DNA of 64,000 bases from the human T2T-CHM13v2.0 reference genome, Homo sapiens, in the NCBI RefSeq assembly GCF_009914755.1, contig NC_060927.1; one strand, 5' to 3'. Below, one piece after another: positions 1 through 13,600 of the stretch; position 1 is the stretch's first letter; each line of letters starts with the position of its first letter. The position numbers and the translations under genes were made by a program. The notes beneath the pieces were generated by a model that saw nothing but the letters and a program-made list of their open reading frames with translations, was not told the DNA's origin and did not search any database.

Positions 1-219
1 ACGTCAGGCAACATTCATACAGCAATATTCATATAGCGCTTACAGCCTGCTAGGCAGCAATTAGGGTACTGCCTAGGTTGTAAGCTTTATATAAATGTTT
101 GTCATTATTATTGATGGTATAGGAGTGAATGAATACTTAACTGCCTTGGAAAAATATGACCTATATCATTGTATGAGATTGATTTTATTATCCAGATATA
201 AAGAAGTCAAGCTCAACTA

Positions 220-370
220 GAAAAGGCACTTGACTGGAGACCAGAGATGTGCTTCTAGTCCCAACTCTTTCAAACACTCCAACTGAAAGATCTTGGACTT
301 TATCTACCTCATCTTTTTAAACAGAGGAATGGGACTGTACCTCTGCCTCTAAAATGATATGTTTTTATTC
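220..370 (+). mobile_element. MIR SINE fragment (old)
   Basis: Degenerate MIR core: 'gcacttgactggagaccagagatgtgcttctagtccc...cctcatctttttaaacagaggaatggg'; boundaries approximate. Confidence 0.55.
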
Positions 371-2005
371 TAGGATTCTAGGATCCTATTCCACCTGGAC
401 CCTGCTTAAATTTCATTACTCATTATGTTTGAAAACTACCATTACATACTAACATTTTATCTGCATGTTTATATCTGTTGACATTTCAATCAGCTTATCT
501 GCATTGTTTTCACGAAACAGAATAAGCCTCTGAGAGTCTATAGACAGGTCTGAAAAAACAAAAGGTGTTGTGATAGCACAGAGAGGAATTTAATGTCACT
601 TTGGAGGAAATAACCTAAAGTCCTACTCTGCCAAGCCAGTAAAATCCTGTCCTCTGCCTGCAACACCTGGCCCAGTCCATGCTATCTTGCTGAATTTCAG
701 TGCAGCTCTTTGGATAAACTCAAATTCAGGTTTGGATGGAATACCAGGTTGATACAACAGTCATTTTTTTTCAACAGAAGTGCAGGTTGGACTACCTTTT
801 ACCTACCAAAATCACCTCATTCTTTGATATATAGAACATTTAGCTAATTTTATTATGACTTAGTATGCCAGTACTCCTCATATACTTTATTGTCCATCCC
901 CAGATCTAGTGAAGGCATGGTGACTGGTATCAGTATCAAGGCAATTGTCTTCAAAGAATGTGGCAATCTATTCTAACAAAGTAAATTCCACAAGGGAACA
1001 AGGGGACAGCCACTCTAAATTCACTAATGACAAAAACTTTGATATTTTGTAATTAAGCACAATGCATTATTCTATAAATAAAAATGATGTCCTTGTAAAT
1101 CTAAAAGCTATGAAACGTTATATTTTCTATTTCTAAAATTCTCTAGGCTCAAAGTCAATATGTAAGTCTAATTTTTTTAAATGCACAAAAAGCTATGATA
1201 TTTCAAATCTTAGATACTAAATTTGTGAATTGAGTGAACCTGGCTTCTCCCGCTTAGACGTGAACATTCCTGTTAGTACATAAATATTAACGAATATTTT
1301 AGGCCAAAATTTTGTGTTTGGTGATTGACTTATGGAATCAGTCTAAGTAGGTGTGAAGGTGACTAGACTTATTTTGGAACATGTACAATTTCATAACAGT
1401 AACACGGCCGTTAAATAATTCTCTTTAAATGATATTTAACTCTCATTTTAACTGTTAGCCCTTGCATTATGAAGCAGCTTGATGCTGAAGTAAAGCTAAG
1501 ATTTCAGTAAAAAGAATAAGAGCTTTATATTCTAGAAGGTAGAAATCCTAGAAAAATCAAAGAAATTAAAATTTTGGAAGTTTTTGATTCATTTCTTATA
1601 TTTTAAATAGGATTCTAAAATAACATATCTCTTCTATACATAAGAAAATAGTCTGGTTCACATATTTTGATTTATTGAAAAGTTATTACAGTACAACTCA
1701 GGTTGCCGAATACTAACATTGCTATACCAGCGTTGTTTTGGTAAATGTTTGCATTATAACTCTGGTTGTATTACAGCAAAACACTCAGAAGAAAGAGAGT
1801 AACTTTTACACATATTACATAGCATCTGTACAGTCATCCCTTAAAATGCAACAATACAACTGCAACACTTTAAATACTTTAAAATACAAATGCCTTTGAA
1901 GAACATAACTTATATACTATTTATTAATAGGATTAAATCAACATTTTTATGGCTCTCTAAGCTTATCCCAGAAACTCTTCCATTATTTCAGTGAGTAACA
2001 AGAGA

Positions 2006-2311
2006 ATTTTTTTTATTGTTTATTTTTTTTTAGATATGGTTTCACTCTATCACCTAGGCTGGAGTGCAATGGTGTGATCTTGGTACACTACAGTCTCTAC
2101 CTCCTGGACTCAAGTAATCCTCCTGCCCCAGCCTTCTGAGTAGCTGGGACCACAGATGCATACCACTACACCTAGCTAATTTTTTTTTTTTTTTTTTGAG
2201 ATACAGGTTCTCACTATGTTGTCAGACTGGTCTTAAACTTCTGAGCTCAAGCAATCCTCTCCTTGGTCTCCCAAGTACTGTGATTACAGGCATAAGCCAC
2301 TGCACCTGGCC
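2006..2311 (-). mobile_element. AluJ SINE, full length
   Basis: Poly-T, then 'cacctaggctggagtgcaatgg...ctcaagcaatcctc...gccactgcacctggcc'; J-type diagnostics, high divergence. Confidence 0.92.
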
Positions 2312-2334
2312 GAGGGTCTTATAGATAGGTAATA

Positions 2335-2470
2335 TTAACACCATTTTGCAAAATTTTAAAAATAAGGCAAGGAAAGGTTAAAATAAGTTGTACAAGTTCA
2401 ACAAGTAGTAAGTGAAATTCAGCCAGACTTTGAACATAGACATCCTGTTTTAGAATCTCAATGTTCTTTC
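2335..2470 (-). mobile_element. MIR fragment
   Basis: 'ccattttgca...aaggttaaaataagttgtacaagttcaacaagtagtaagtg...gactttgaac' resembles the reverse MIR core. Confidence 0.6.
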
Positions 2471-4969
2471 TATTTTTCCCAAAGCAATCTCACTAACTAA
2501 TGTACGTATTAGATTGCACTGATATAGTAAGGACAAAGAAAACCCATTTTCTGTGTATATTGCTATTGCCTTAGAAAATACAAATAGCTACTGAAAAGAC
2601 CAATGCTATGAAGCAGTTTGGTAATACCTATTAAAAATTTTAAATCTCTGCTACACTGTATTAATATTTTATATCTTAAAAAGTTAAAGAATAATAGAGC
2701 CTAACTTAGATCCTTCCAAATTTGTAACTCTTCAAAATCTAAAATGAATTTCTAATTCATGGCTTATAACTGCTCAAGTAGGAAACTTATGACAAAACCA
2801 GAGACAAGCCCTTCCAACAGTGCCTATGACATCACAGATATACAAATCTGCCCCATTTTACAGTACACAAAGAAGACCGGAATTCAGCTGTTATCAGACA
2901 ATAATAAACTTCTTCTGGTAAGTTCATCTCTTAGTCTTAGATTTACATTCCCACTGTCAGCAAGAATTTTTAAGTTAAACATTTTTGAAAAGTAAAAATT
3001 CAATAAATAGCATTTACATTATCCACAGAATGTATTTTCATTGCTTTGGTGCTAAAATATTTTATTTTAGGCTGTTCTTTTTTCTCTTTTCCATCCACCT
3101 CTTAGCTCCTTTGCTCCAATCCTTGCACCTTTCCACCCTTGTTCTCTCTCTCCCTGAAGCCTCAGGGAAGAGGGCTGCAAACTGTCTGGATGCCTGGACC
3201 CTCACGCTCCTGAGATTAAACCCAGACCCGCCCATGGCAAGAGTCCCGTTCTTTGTCTGAAGCAAGTGTCTGATTGAGTTAGATATGGAGTCGTTATCAC
3301 ATTGAAAAGAAAGCCTGGATTTTTTTTATCTTTGGTATTAAAATATGTTATATTTGTATTAAAATATTCATCTAATAAACTCTCCCAAAGAAAACAGTTT
3401 CATTATATTTTCACCGTATTTTCTCATTCCATTCTTAAAGCCACGGTGAAAGGAAAGTTGTTGTGGTCACCCCAAAATACTCTTTCCCACTTCTAATCAA
3501 GGTCTGGTTAGGACAAAGCTAAACAATAATTTCTACTTTGTATTTAAGGACACCAGCTACTGTTTACCCACTGATGTTATTTATACTAATAGGGGGTCTC
3601 TGAAGTGACACCTAAAGCTTGCTAAAGGTTTCAGGAGGGCTTTTGTAAAGTCAGTTTTCTCCCAGTATCGCTTTATCCCCACAGAGTAAGCAGATGGGAG
3701 AGTTCTTTTTCCCTCAAAATAAGGCTTATAGCATTGACTAGGGAATTTAAATGTATCTTTACAATTCTCAACTTGATCTCCCAGGAAGAGCTTTTATAGA
3801 TTTGGATTTTTTTTTTTCATAAAGTATTCTATTTATTTCCCAGCAGCTGGTGTCAAAAAAGTTGTTTTTTTAATATTCCTTTTAAATAAATAAAATCTGT
3901 TTTCATATTGTGTAAAATTAGTTTTGCCTGCTGTGAGTTTGTGGCATTATGAAGTGATCATTTCTTCCCATGAATTATTTAAAGTGAGGATATCAAAATC
4001 TGATGGAACAATACAATGAACTATACAATACAATTTAATTTTATAATACGCCAGTTCATAATAGTATCTCAAAATGCACAGTAGTTGCAATACATTGGTT
4101 CAGAATTAGCAGATCAAGTATAAGCCCCTCAGTTTCATATTTTAGTATTTGAGAATCAGTTCTAAATTTTCTAGTGGACTAGAGAATCATGCATATTTGG
4201 TAGTCCATAGATACCTAAAGACCTTTTTGCTAATTCCTCATGCCAGGCACTGATGTTTGCCCAGCCTAGATGACATTTTTTTTCTTTTTTTGTAAATCTT
4301 TAAGACATTGAGTTTGACAGCTGTTAACCCTTTCATTACAAAACAATATTGGTATTAATAGCATTTCCCCTGGAGTTCTCTGATCACTTTGTCTTAGGGA
4401 ACAAATGCACCTATGTAGCCACAATTATTCTTACTACTTATTCTCACTGCAGAGTTTCTAGAAGAAGGGAAACAACGATCCATTCAAATGCCCCACTGCA
4501 CTTATAAGACTTACAGCAAAGCTGCTAAAACTTAAATTTTAAGGTGAGTGAGGTGGCATAAGGGAAATGAATGAGCTGCTAATGAATAGGGCAAGACATG
4601 ATTAGAAGCTATAACAAAGTCTGACTCAAGGAAAGGCCAAAGGTTATCTTGTATTTGATATGTGTGTTTTAATAAATTATAATCAAAATACTACACTGAC
4701 TTTTTCCTCAGTGGATTTTCTAGCATTCTATAAGAGATATTTTGTCTGATTAACTTGCTATATTGAAAAGTGGGAGTCAGTATATATTACTTACAAATTC
4801 TCAAATAGCCTCTGAAAAAATTCCACCACAAAGATTTTAAAAAATGGAAGTATATGGAAACAAGATGCTACAAGATGTTGGAAATGGTTTTCCAAAGCAA
4901 GAACTGGCTTAAAACATAGAATAGCAACAATGAGCACTTTTCTTGTTAGTTCTACATACTGTAAACTAA

Positions 4970-6400
4970 TTTATGCCCCAAACAGAACTCTGGTTTCCCT
5001 ATTATCCATGTTGCCACTTCCTCCTCTAATCTAACTGTACTTCTCTCGTCTCAGTGAAAGGTGCCACCATCTGCCCTGACAGTTGATCAGGCCAAACATC
5101 AGCAACTCTTTTTGCCTCACCCACCACATCTAATCCATCAATAAGCCGCATTAACCCAAACACAAAAGTACATCCCAAACCCGACCATTCCTCACTATCT
5201 CTGCTATCACGAACAAAAATCACAATTATCTCTTATCTGGTCTCCTAACTGATTTCTCTGCTTCCACTGTTGCACCTTATAATCCATTATCTAAACAGAA
5301 GCTAGAATTCTTGAAATGCAGGAAAGATGATATCATTCCTTTGGTAAAATTCTACAAGTTATATATAGTGCAATAAGAAGAAATTAAAATTCAAAACCAT
5401 GACCAGTAAGTCTCTCCATTATCTGTTCATGACCATCTTTCTGTTCTCATCTTCTAACATTTTTCCTTTGTTCACCGTGCTTCTTTGCCTATTCTGTCTC
5501 TAAAACAAGCCAATCTTATTCCTATTAGCCCTGGTCTAGCTATATTGCCTCTGCCCAGACTGCTCTGTTCCTACATCTCTGCATGGCTGATTTCTTCACT
5601 CGTAGCTCAAATATTATCTCCACAGAAAGGTCTTTCCTTGTGTGGCCAAGATAGCCAAAGCATCCCCAATTCATTCTACCCTGCTTTACTTTTCTCTTAG
5701 AACTAATTACTAGTATCTTCCTTATTTACATCCTGTATGTATGTGAGTATGCACATGTACCTGTATGTTCATAATCTCTATTACAGTATAAATTCCATGA
5801 GGATGAGGTTCTTGGATGTGTTAGTTATCTATTACAGCATAACAACTTACCCCCAAACTTAGTAACTTAAAAAAGCAAACACCATTCCACAGTTTCTGTG
5901 GGTCAGGAATCTGGGCTCAGTATAGGTAGGTGCCTATGGGTCAAAGTTTCTCATGAGGTTGTGATCAAACTGTCAGCTAGAGCTGTGGTTTCATCTGAAT
6001 TCTCGACTGAAGAGGAGGAGACTTGCCATGTGGGGGTCTTCACATGTGAAGGTCTTCACACAGGGGTCTTCACACAGGGCTACTTCATGACTTGGACTTT
6101 GCTTTTTCTCAGGGAGAGCAATCCGGGAGAGAGTGATAGAGGGACTCAAGAGAAAAACCACAAGCTTTTTAAAAACTTAACCTTGGAAGTGACATCCTAT
6201 CACTTCTGTCCTTTATTAAAAATGAGTCACTAAGTCCAGCCAATACTAAAGGAGAGGAAATTAGACAAGCAGGTGAAAATAGAGGATGTGGAGATCAGGT
6301 GGGGCCATCTTAGAAGCTGCCTATTATAATTGCTTACCAGTACATTCTTAGTGTTCAGAAAAATTTCGGACTTTCAGTAAACAAATTAATTTAAAAAATG
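4970..6400 (+). mobile_element. L2 LINE 3' part, interrupted by an MLT1 LTR
   Basis: L2 motifs 'tctcagtgaaaggtgccaccatc', 'cacatctaatccatcaataagcc', 'aaattccatgaggatgagg'; resumes after 6330. Confidence 0.7.
5817..6328 (-). mobile_element. MaLR solo LTR, MLT1F-like
   Basis: Starts 'tgtgttagttatctattacagcataacaacttacccccaaacttag', contains 'cacagtttctgtgggtcaggaatctggg', ends 'ggggccatcttagaagctgcctatta'. Confidence 0.8.
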
Positions 6401-6552
6401 ACTCTCTCATGAATTAGTTCCATTGGACATTTTGCCAATGATCAAGAAAAAGTAGTGAATAAAATCTCACTCAAGTAGTGACATTCAAACCAAAAGAGAT
6501 CACCCCAGTAGGAAGGTTTCATTAGGATGTGTAAGCAGAAAGTAGCAGTACA

Positions 6553-6672
6553 GCCTCAGTTTCTTCATCTGTAAAATATAAAGAGTAGTTGTACCATACT
6601 GTCGGAGACCTAATGAGGCAATTCATGAGGGCCTCATGAATCAAAGGCAGTGGATAGATGTTAGCTATTATC
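6553..6672 (+). mobile_element. MIR fragment
   Basis: 'gcctcagtttcttcatctgtaaaat...atgttagctattat'. Confidence 0.7.
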
Positions 6673-6829
6673 TATTCTTAATAAGTATAAATGCAAGGGA
6701 AGCATTTTTAGGGAAAATAACACAAATCATGTTTTTACAATGATGGTATTTGATACATCAGGTTTAACTCAAAAAAGAATTTAAGAACCACTTTCAATTG
6801 TTTCCTAATTATATTAGCTTAAATATGAG

Positions 6830-7300
6830 ACTGTAACCAAAAAGACTAATAAAATTTTGGAACTCATCAAGTGTACTGAAAATAGGCTAGAAAGCTTTCC
6901 ATATATTTATGTAAAGTTTTGACATCTTCGAATGGACATAATGATGCATTTGCAATCTCCACAATCATGAGGGCCTAAAGGGAGAGAGATGTGTAGAGCC
7001 CTGGAATTGAAGATCCATGGTGTGACTGGGGGGGGAAAGTCTCTGAAAAGTTAAAAGAAGACAGGGCACTGAACCCTGATCTAATATGTAATGGGGTTAT
7101 GAAATTTAGGCAGAGGGTAGTCATAGAATTATTCATGAAATCCTAGAATAGTAATACTAGAGGTCAAACTTCATATTCAGAAAAGTACAAATAGGGTCAG
7201 GTAATAAAGCACTATTCCATATTTTTTTTTAATGCCTGCCTTGGAAGGTAGCAAAACTTAAGTAAGAAGTTGGAGAAATTCATAGAAGATATACCAAAAT
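6830..7300 (+). mobile_element. CR1/L3-like ancient LINE fragment
   Basis: Weak resemblance to a CR1 3' region ('aagaagttggagaaattcatagaagat'); highly diverged. Confidence 0.35.
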
Positions 7301-7598
7301 AGACTGTAGTGGATGTATGGATTGGAGTTTGCCATCAGAGAGGCAAACAAGGATGTCTTTAAACTTATTTACTGATGTTTCCATTTACAACCAAATGGGG
7401 TAGATGCATCCCACATTTAAAGAAGCCATTCCAAAAGCAGGAACAGCACCCCTATAAGATGTTATCATTCCTGTTCTATTAATTACAGTGTCACTCACTC
7501 TTTTACTGATAGCCCTGATGGAGAATCAGCATGAACCAGCCATTTTCCTCCCTGTATATACATTAGCAAAACTTTGACCATTAAATAGTTCAAAGATA

Positions 7599-7888
7599 GG
7601 CTTGCCTCGCTGTCTCATGCCTATAATCCCAGCACTTTGAGAGGCCAAAGTGGGCAGATTGTTTGAGCTCAAGAGTTCAAGACCAGCTTTGGCAATGTGC
7701 CAAAACCCCATTTCGACAAAAAATACAAAACTGTGCTTGGTGTGTTGGTGTGCGCCTATGGTCCCAGCTACTTGGGAGGCTGAAGTGGGAGGATCACTTG
7801 CGTGCAGGAGGTCAAGGCTGCAGCAAGCTGAGATCACACCACTGCACTCCACCCTGCAGCCTGGGTGACAGAGTGAGAGCCTGTCTGA

Positions 7889-7956
<68 letters not shown>

Positions 7957-7990
7957 AAGAAAGAGAAAGAAAGGGAGAGAGAAAGAAAGG
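7599..7990 (+). mobile_element. AluJ with a tail expanded into (GAAA)n
   Basis: 'ctcatgcctataatcccagcactttgagaggcc...ggaggatcacttg...ctgggtgacagagtgagagcctgtct', followed by GAAA repeats. Confidence 0.92.
7887..7990. repeat. (GAAA)n / GA-rich microsatellite
   Basis: About 15 consecutive GAAA units, then GAGA variants; pure purine tract. Confidence 0.97.
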
Positions 7991-8048
7991 AAATCTCAGA
8001 TATATCTATAATAGAGGAATCTCTCAAAACAATTTCTGCAATATCCAG

Positions 8049-8504
8049 TGTGGTGGATCTAATGGTGACCTTCCAAAAGAAACGCCCACATTCTAACCCC
8101 TGAAACCTGAGAATGTGACCTTATTTGGAAAAAGGATCTGTGCAGATGTAATGAGGTTAAGGATTTCTAGATGAGGTAATCCTGGATTGCCCAGGGAAGC
8201 CGTAAATCCAATAACATTTTCTTATAAGAGAAAAAAGAGAAGACAGAGAGAGCAGAAGGCCATGTGAAGACAGAGGCACAAACTGGAGTTACATAGCCAC
8301 AAGCCAAGGAACCTCTGGAGCCACCAGAAGCTGGAAAAGCAAGGAATGATTCCCCCTCACTTAGAGTCTTCTGAGAAAGTGTAGCCCTGCCAACACCTTG
8401 ATTTCAGACTTCTGGCTTCCAATTCTGGGAAAGACTAAATTTAAGCTGTTTTAGGCCATCAAGTTTGTGCTAATTTCTAATGGCAACCCTAGTAAATTAA
8501 TACA
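8049..8504 (+). mobile_element. MaLR solo LTR, MLT1C-like
   Basis: TG...CA ends; 'gaatgtgaccttatttggaaaaagg', 'ccacaagccaaggaa...ccaccagaagctggaa'; near-TSD tccag/cccag. Confidence 0.88.
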
Positions 8505-8539
8505 CCCAGAACAAGTAATTATGTTTTCCAGAGAGGTAA

Positions 8540-8705
8540 TGCAATGTAGTAAAAAAAAACATTTTGAGGGAGACAGATTTAGGTTTAGACCTGGGGTTTC
8601 TCTATACTAATTGTGTGTCTTTGAACAAGTTACTTTATATCTCTATCTTCAGGTTCTTCTTTAGTAAAATGATGGTAAGTTTCCCTTGCAGGGTCGCTGT
8701 GTGAT
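8540..8705 (+). mobile_element. MIR fragment
   Basis: 'gacagatttaggtttagacctgg...tgtgtgtctttgaacaagttacttt'. Confidence 0.6.
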
Positions 8706-9490
8706 ATTTCTGCTCAATTCAGTACTCAATTAACCTGTTAATGATAAATTCACGCATGTGCAACATGTCTACAGACGTTAAAAACTGTTGTTTTCCTTGA
8801 AAATCAACATACATTTTAGCAAGGTATTAATTAGAACATATGGGATTGATTAATGTGGAAACTAGTTGTACAATACCAAATGTTTTAACAAACCTTTATT
8901 ACAACCTGACTATTCATGTCATTTCAAATAACTTTCCTGGTTGTCAGTGGAACCATATTCAGTCTGTTCTTTTACTGTCTCATCTGTAATATCTTCCATA
9001 GTTTCTAATAGAGAAATAATGAAAAAGCCAGAGTATTAGTAGAAAATGTTTGCGTCTAGCTTGAGCTTAAGTCAGATATAGAGTCAAAATTGTGATCACA
9101 GAATTCTCCTAAATGTTAGTCTCAGAAAATTGACAAGGGCATAATAATTTCTAGGACAGAGTAGTCAAATTCATACCCACCATTGATACCTTCCTATCCC
9201 TGACATTAAAACAGACAAAAAAAAGTAGTTCTCACAATAATTTTATAGAGGAAGAATATAGGAATCATGCAGTTTAGGTATCTCTTATTCTGGAATAACT
9301 CCTTAATACTAAATTGAGGCTCTAGTGAGAGCTATTCAAAATGCATAAATGAAAGTAAAATAAATTTTCAAGAACCGATCTTTCTTACTTTTCTAGCAAC
9401 AAACTTTTGAAAAAAATTAAAAATTTTAAAAAGTAAAATATGTAATAAATTAGCTATAATATCATTTGTAGCTATTGTAATTTATTTTTT

Positions 9491-10405
9491 ATTCATTCAC
9501 TCAACAAGCATTATTAAATGCCTAGTAAATGTCAGGCATTGTGTTAGGCACTAAAGACGCAGCCTTGAATAAGACATACTACTCCCTACCTTAAGGATAA
9601 TTTAGGCAAAACAATCAATGATAATAAAGTGCACATTACAGGAATGCAATGTAAGGCAATTATAATTAGGGAATCGGGGAAGGCATTCCATAGAAAATAA
9701 GCTTTAAATTGAGACTTGCAAGATTGGTTTTATGTCAGTGGAGGTGAGCACATGGGGGAAGAAAAGAGTAATGAAGAGTATTCAAAACAAAGAGTAGAAC
9801 ATATGCAAAGACCAGAAATGAGAGTGAGCATGGTGCACCGAAGGCATGAAAACACGTTTAGTATGACTAGAGCATAGAATGCTAGGGGGAAAGGGGCATG
9901 AATCAGTCTAGAAAATGAGACAGGAGCCAGGCTGGAAGATTAATATTAAGGAAGTCAGAATACTGTTGCAATAACTTAGGTGAGATAAGATGGTACCCTG
10001 GATGAGAGTAGTAGTTCTGATATGAAGAAGATTGAACAGATTAAGGACATTCTTAGGAGGAAGATCAAAAGTACCAGGTGATTGACTGCATGTGGAACAG
10101 TACAGGATGTGGAAAAGGTAATGTCAAGTTTCTAATGTCGGCAATTATGTAGCAATACTGGAGGTGAGAGCATGTTTGGGGCAAAGAGGTGAGTTTAGAA
10201 CATGTTGAGTATGAGGTGTCTGTGAGTCATCCAAGAGAAGAGGTCTAGAAGGCAGTGCTCAGAGAGAAGCCTGAGCTGGAGAAATATGTGGTGGTCATTC
10301 AGATGCAGATGCTAATGAAACCTATGGGAGAAAATGAGATTGCCTGGGAGGACTGCCCAATGTGAGGAGAGAGCCTAAGAGAGAGTTCAGAGAACATCAA
10401 CTTTA
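9491..10405 (-). mobile_element. L2 LINE 3' portion
   Basis: Reverse L2 tail 'attcattcactcaacaagcattattaaatgcct...gtcaggcattgtgttaggcact' and body 'catgttgagtatgaggtgtctgtgagtcatccaag'. Confidence 0.85.
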
Positions 10406-10904
10406 GTACTGCAAAGGTTAAGTAAGACTAGCAAGGCTGCCTCTAATGAGACTTTATACAACCCCCTTCATAGTAAGTTCTCACTTTCTACAGCAATTCA
10501 GGGCTCACACTTCTCTTCTCTCTTTTGACTCTCAAACAAAATTATAAGATAAGCAGGGTGGGCAACAGGACTTCTTGAAGATAAAAATAATCTAGGTTTC
10601 AAGAGGTTAGGCTTGAGGTCATGGATCTCTTTATTTCCAGATTAGTTTTCTTTCCATGCCATTACTCTACTCCCAAGGATTAGCTCCTTATAGCTTCTTC
10701 TTTGTTGTTAGCCTGGACTGTTGCCTAGGTGTCATTTTAGAGGGGTGAAGTTTTTTTGCATTATATTATATTAAAAATTTTCTCCATCTGGAACTGATGA
10801 AAGGACAGAAGGGCTAACCTGAGGCAAAACTCGAGAGTGGCAGAACTGTTTCTTAGAGCTTCCAACCTCCCTCATCTCTACCTTACCCCTTCTTTAAAAA
10901 CTTT

Positions 10905-11160
10905 TGTTCATTTACTCAATAATTAGTTATTAAGATAATTTGTGGATATGGAAATTAACAAGCCACACCAAGTCTCTACCTTCACGGAGCTTACACAGTA
11001 GTAAAATGGCAGACATAAGAACCAATGCACTAAAAGTTAAGAAAGAGGAGTGTAGAACCAGGAGACACCAAGGGCATACCTAACCTACACTGAAGAGGTT
11101 AAGGAACACTTCTTAGAATAAGTAATATTTCAACTAAGATCTAAAAAATGGTTGAAGTTG
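10905..11160 (-). mobile_element. L2 fragment
   Basis: 'ttcatttactcaataattag...ctctaccttcacggagcttacacagtag'. Confidence 0.65.
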
Positions 11161-11344
11161 ACTGTCTTGGCCACTGTTGCAAGGAGGAAAACTGATTCAA
11201 CCAACGAATTTAGAAAATTGTAATGGAAACGTATAGGTTAGTGTGCCATCCTCTTGTATTTTTCAAAAAAGAAATCCCAGAATTTGCAACATTTGATCCA
11301 AAAAGAATGAATCTCCTCAAACTGTGGAATTCCTGCACTAGTAC

Positions 11345-11706
11345 TGATATGGTTTGGCTCTGTGTCCCCAACCAAATCTTACCTTGAATTGTAATCCCAG
11401 GGACCTGGTGGAAGGTGATTGGAGCAAGGGGGGCGATTTTCCCCATGCTCTTCTGTGATAGTAAGTGAGGTCTCATAAGATTTGATGCTTTTAAAGTTAT
11501 TTGGCAGTCTCTCTCTTCTCTCTCTTTTTCTGTCCTTCTGCCGCCATGTAAGACGTGCCTTGCTTCCCCTTCACCTTCTGCCATGATTATAAGTTTCCTG
11601 AGGCCTCCCCAGCTGTGCAGAACTGTGAGTCAATTAAGCCTCTTTTCTTTATAAATTGCCCAGTCTCAGGTAGTTCTTTATAGCAGTGTCAAAATAGACT
11701 AATACA
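11345..11706 (+). mobile_element. THE1D-like MaLR solo LTR
   Basis: 'tgatatggtttggctctgtgtcccc...gaactgtgagtcaattaa...gactaataca' with a perfect 5-bp TSD agtac (11340-11344, 11707-11711). Confidence 0.93.
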
Positions 11707-11864
11707 AGTACTATCCAAGTATAAGAGAAAACATTACTCTCACCTATCTCAACTCATACCATGTAGGCAGGCCCTTAATCTATCTCCCCCTGAGTCCAGA
11801 TTTGAAGGCAAGGAAAGAACTATAAGTACCTTGTCTTATTTATTTTTCAGGACTCTAAGTTATA

Positions 11865-11985
11865 TTATCTCCATTATACAGTAGAGAAAAATCATCTGAA
11901 AAATTACGCAAATCTGCCCAAGATTTCAAGCCAGTAAATGGGGAGCTAGGTCTTCATTCTGGTCAGTTGGCTCCAAAGCATCTAT
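11865..11985 (-). mobile_element. MIR fragment
   Basis: 'attatctccattatacagtagagaaaa...ctgcccaagatttcaagccagtaaatggggagctagg'. Confidence 0.6.
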
Positions 11986-12022
11986 TTATTCTACCTTGAA
12001 TATATATACACGTATACATATA

Positions 12023-13600
<1,578 letters not shown>

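Noticed and set aside
6034-6078. Triple 'ggtcttcaca' repeat, plus short duplications near 18842 and 22082
   Set aside because: Local slippage duplications, the first inside an MLT1 LTR; no sign of function.
7526-8103. ORFs of 71-146 aa including a KERK-rich one
   Set aside because: They are translations of an AluJ and its (GAAA)n tail.
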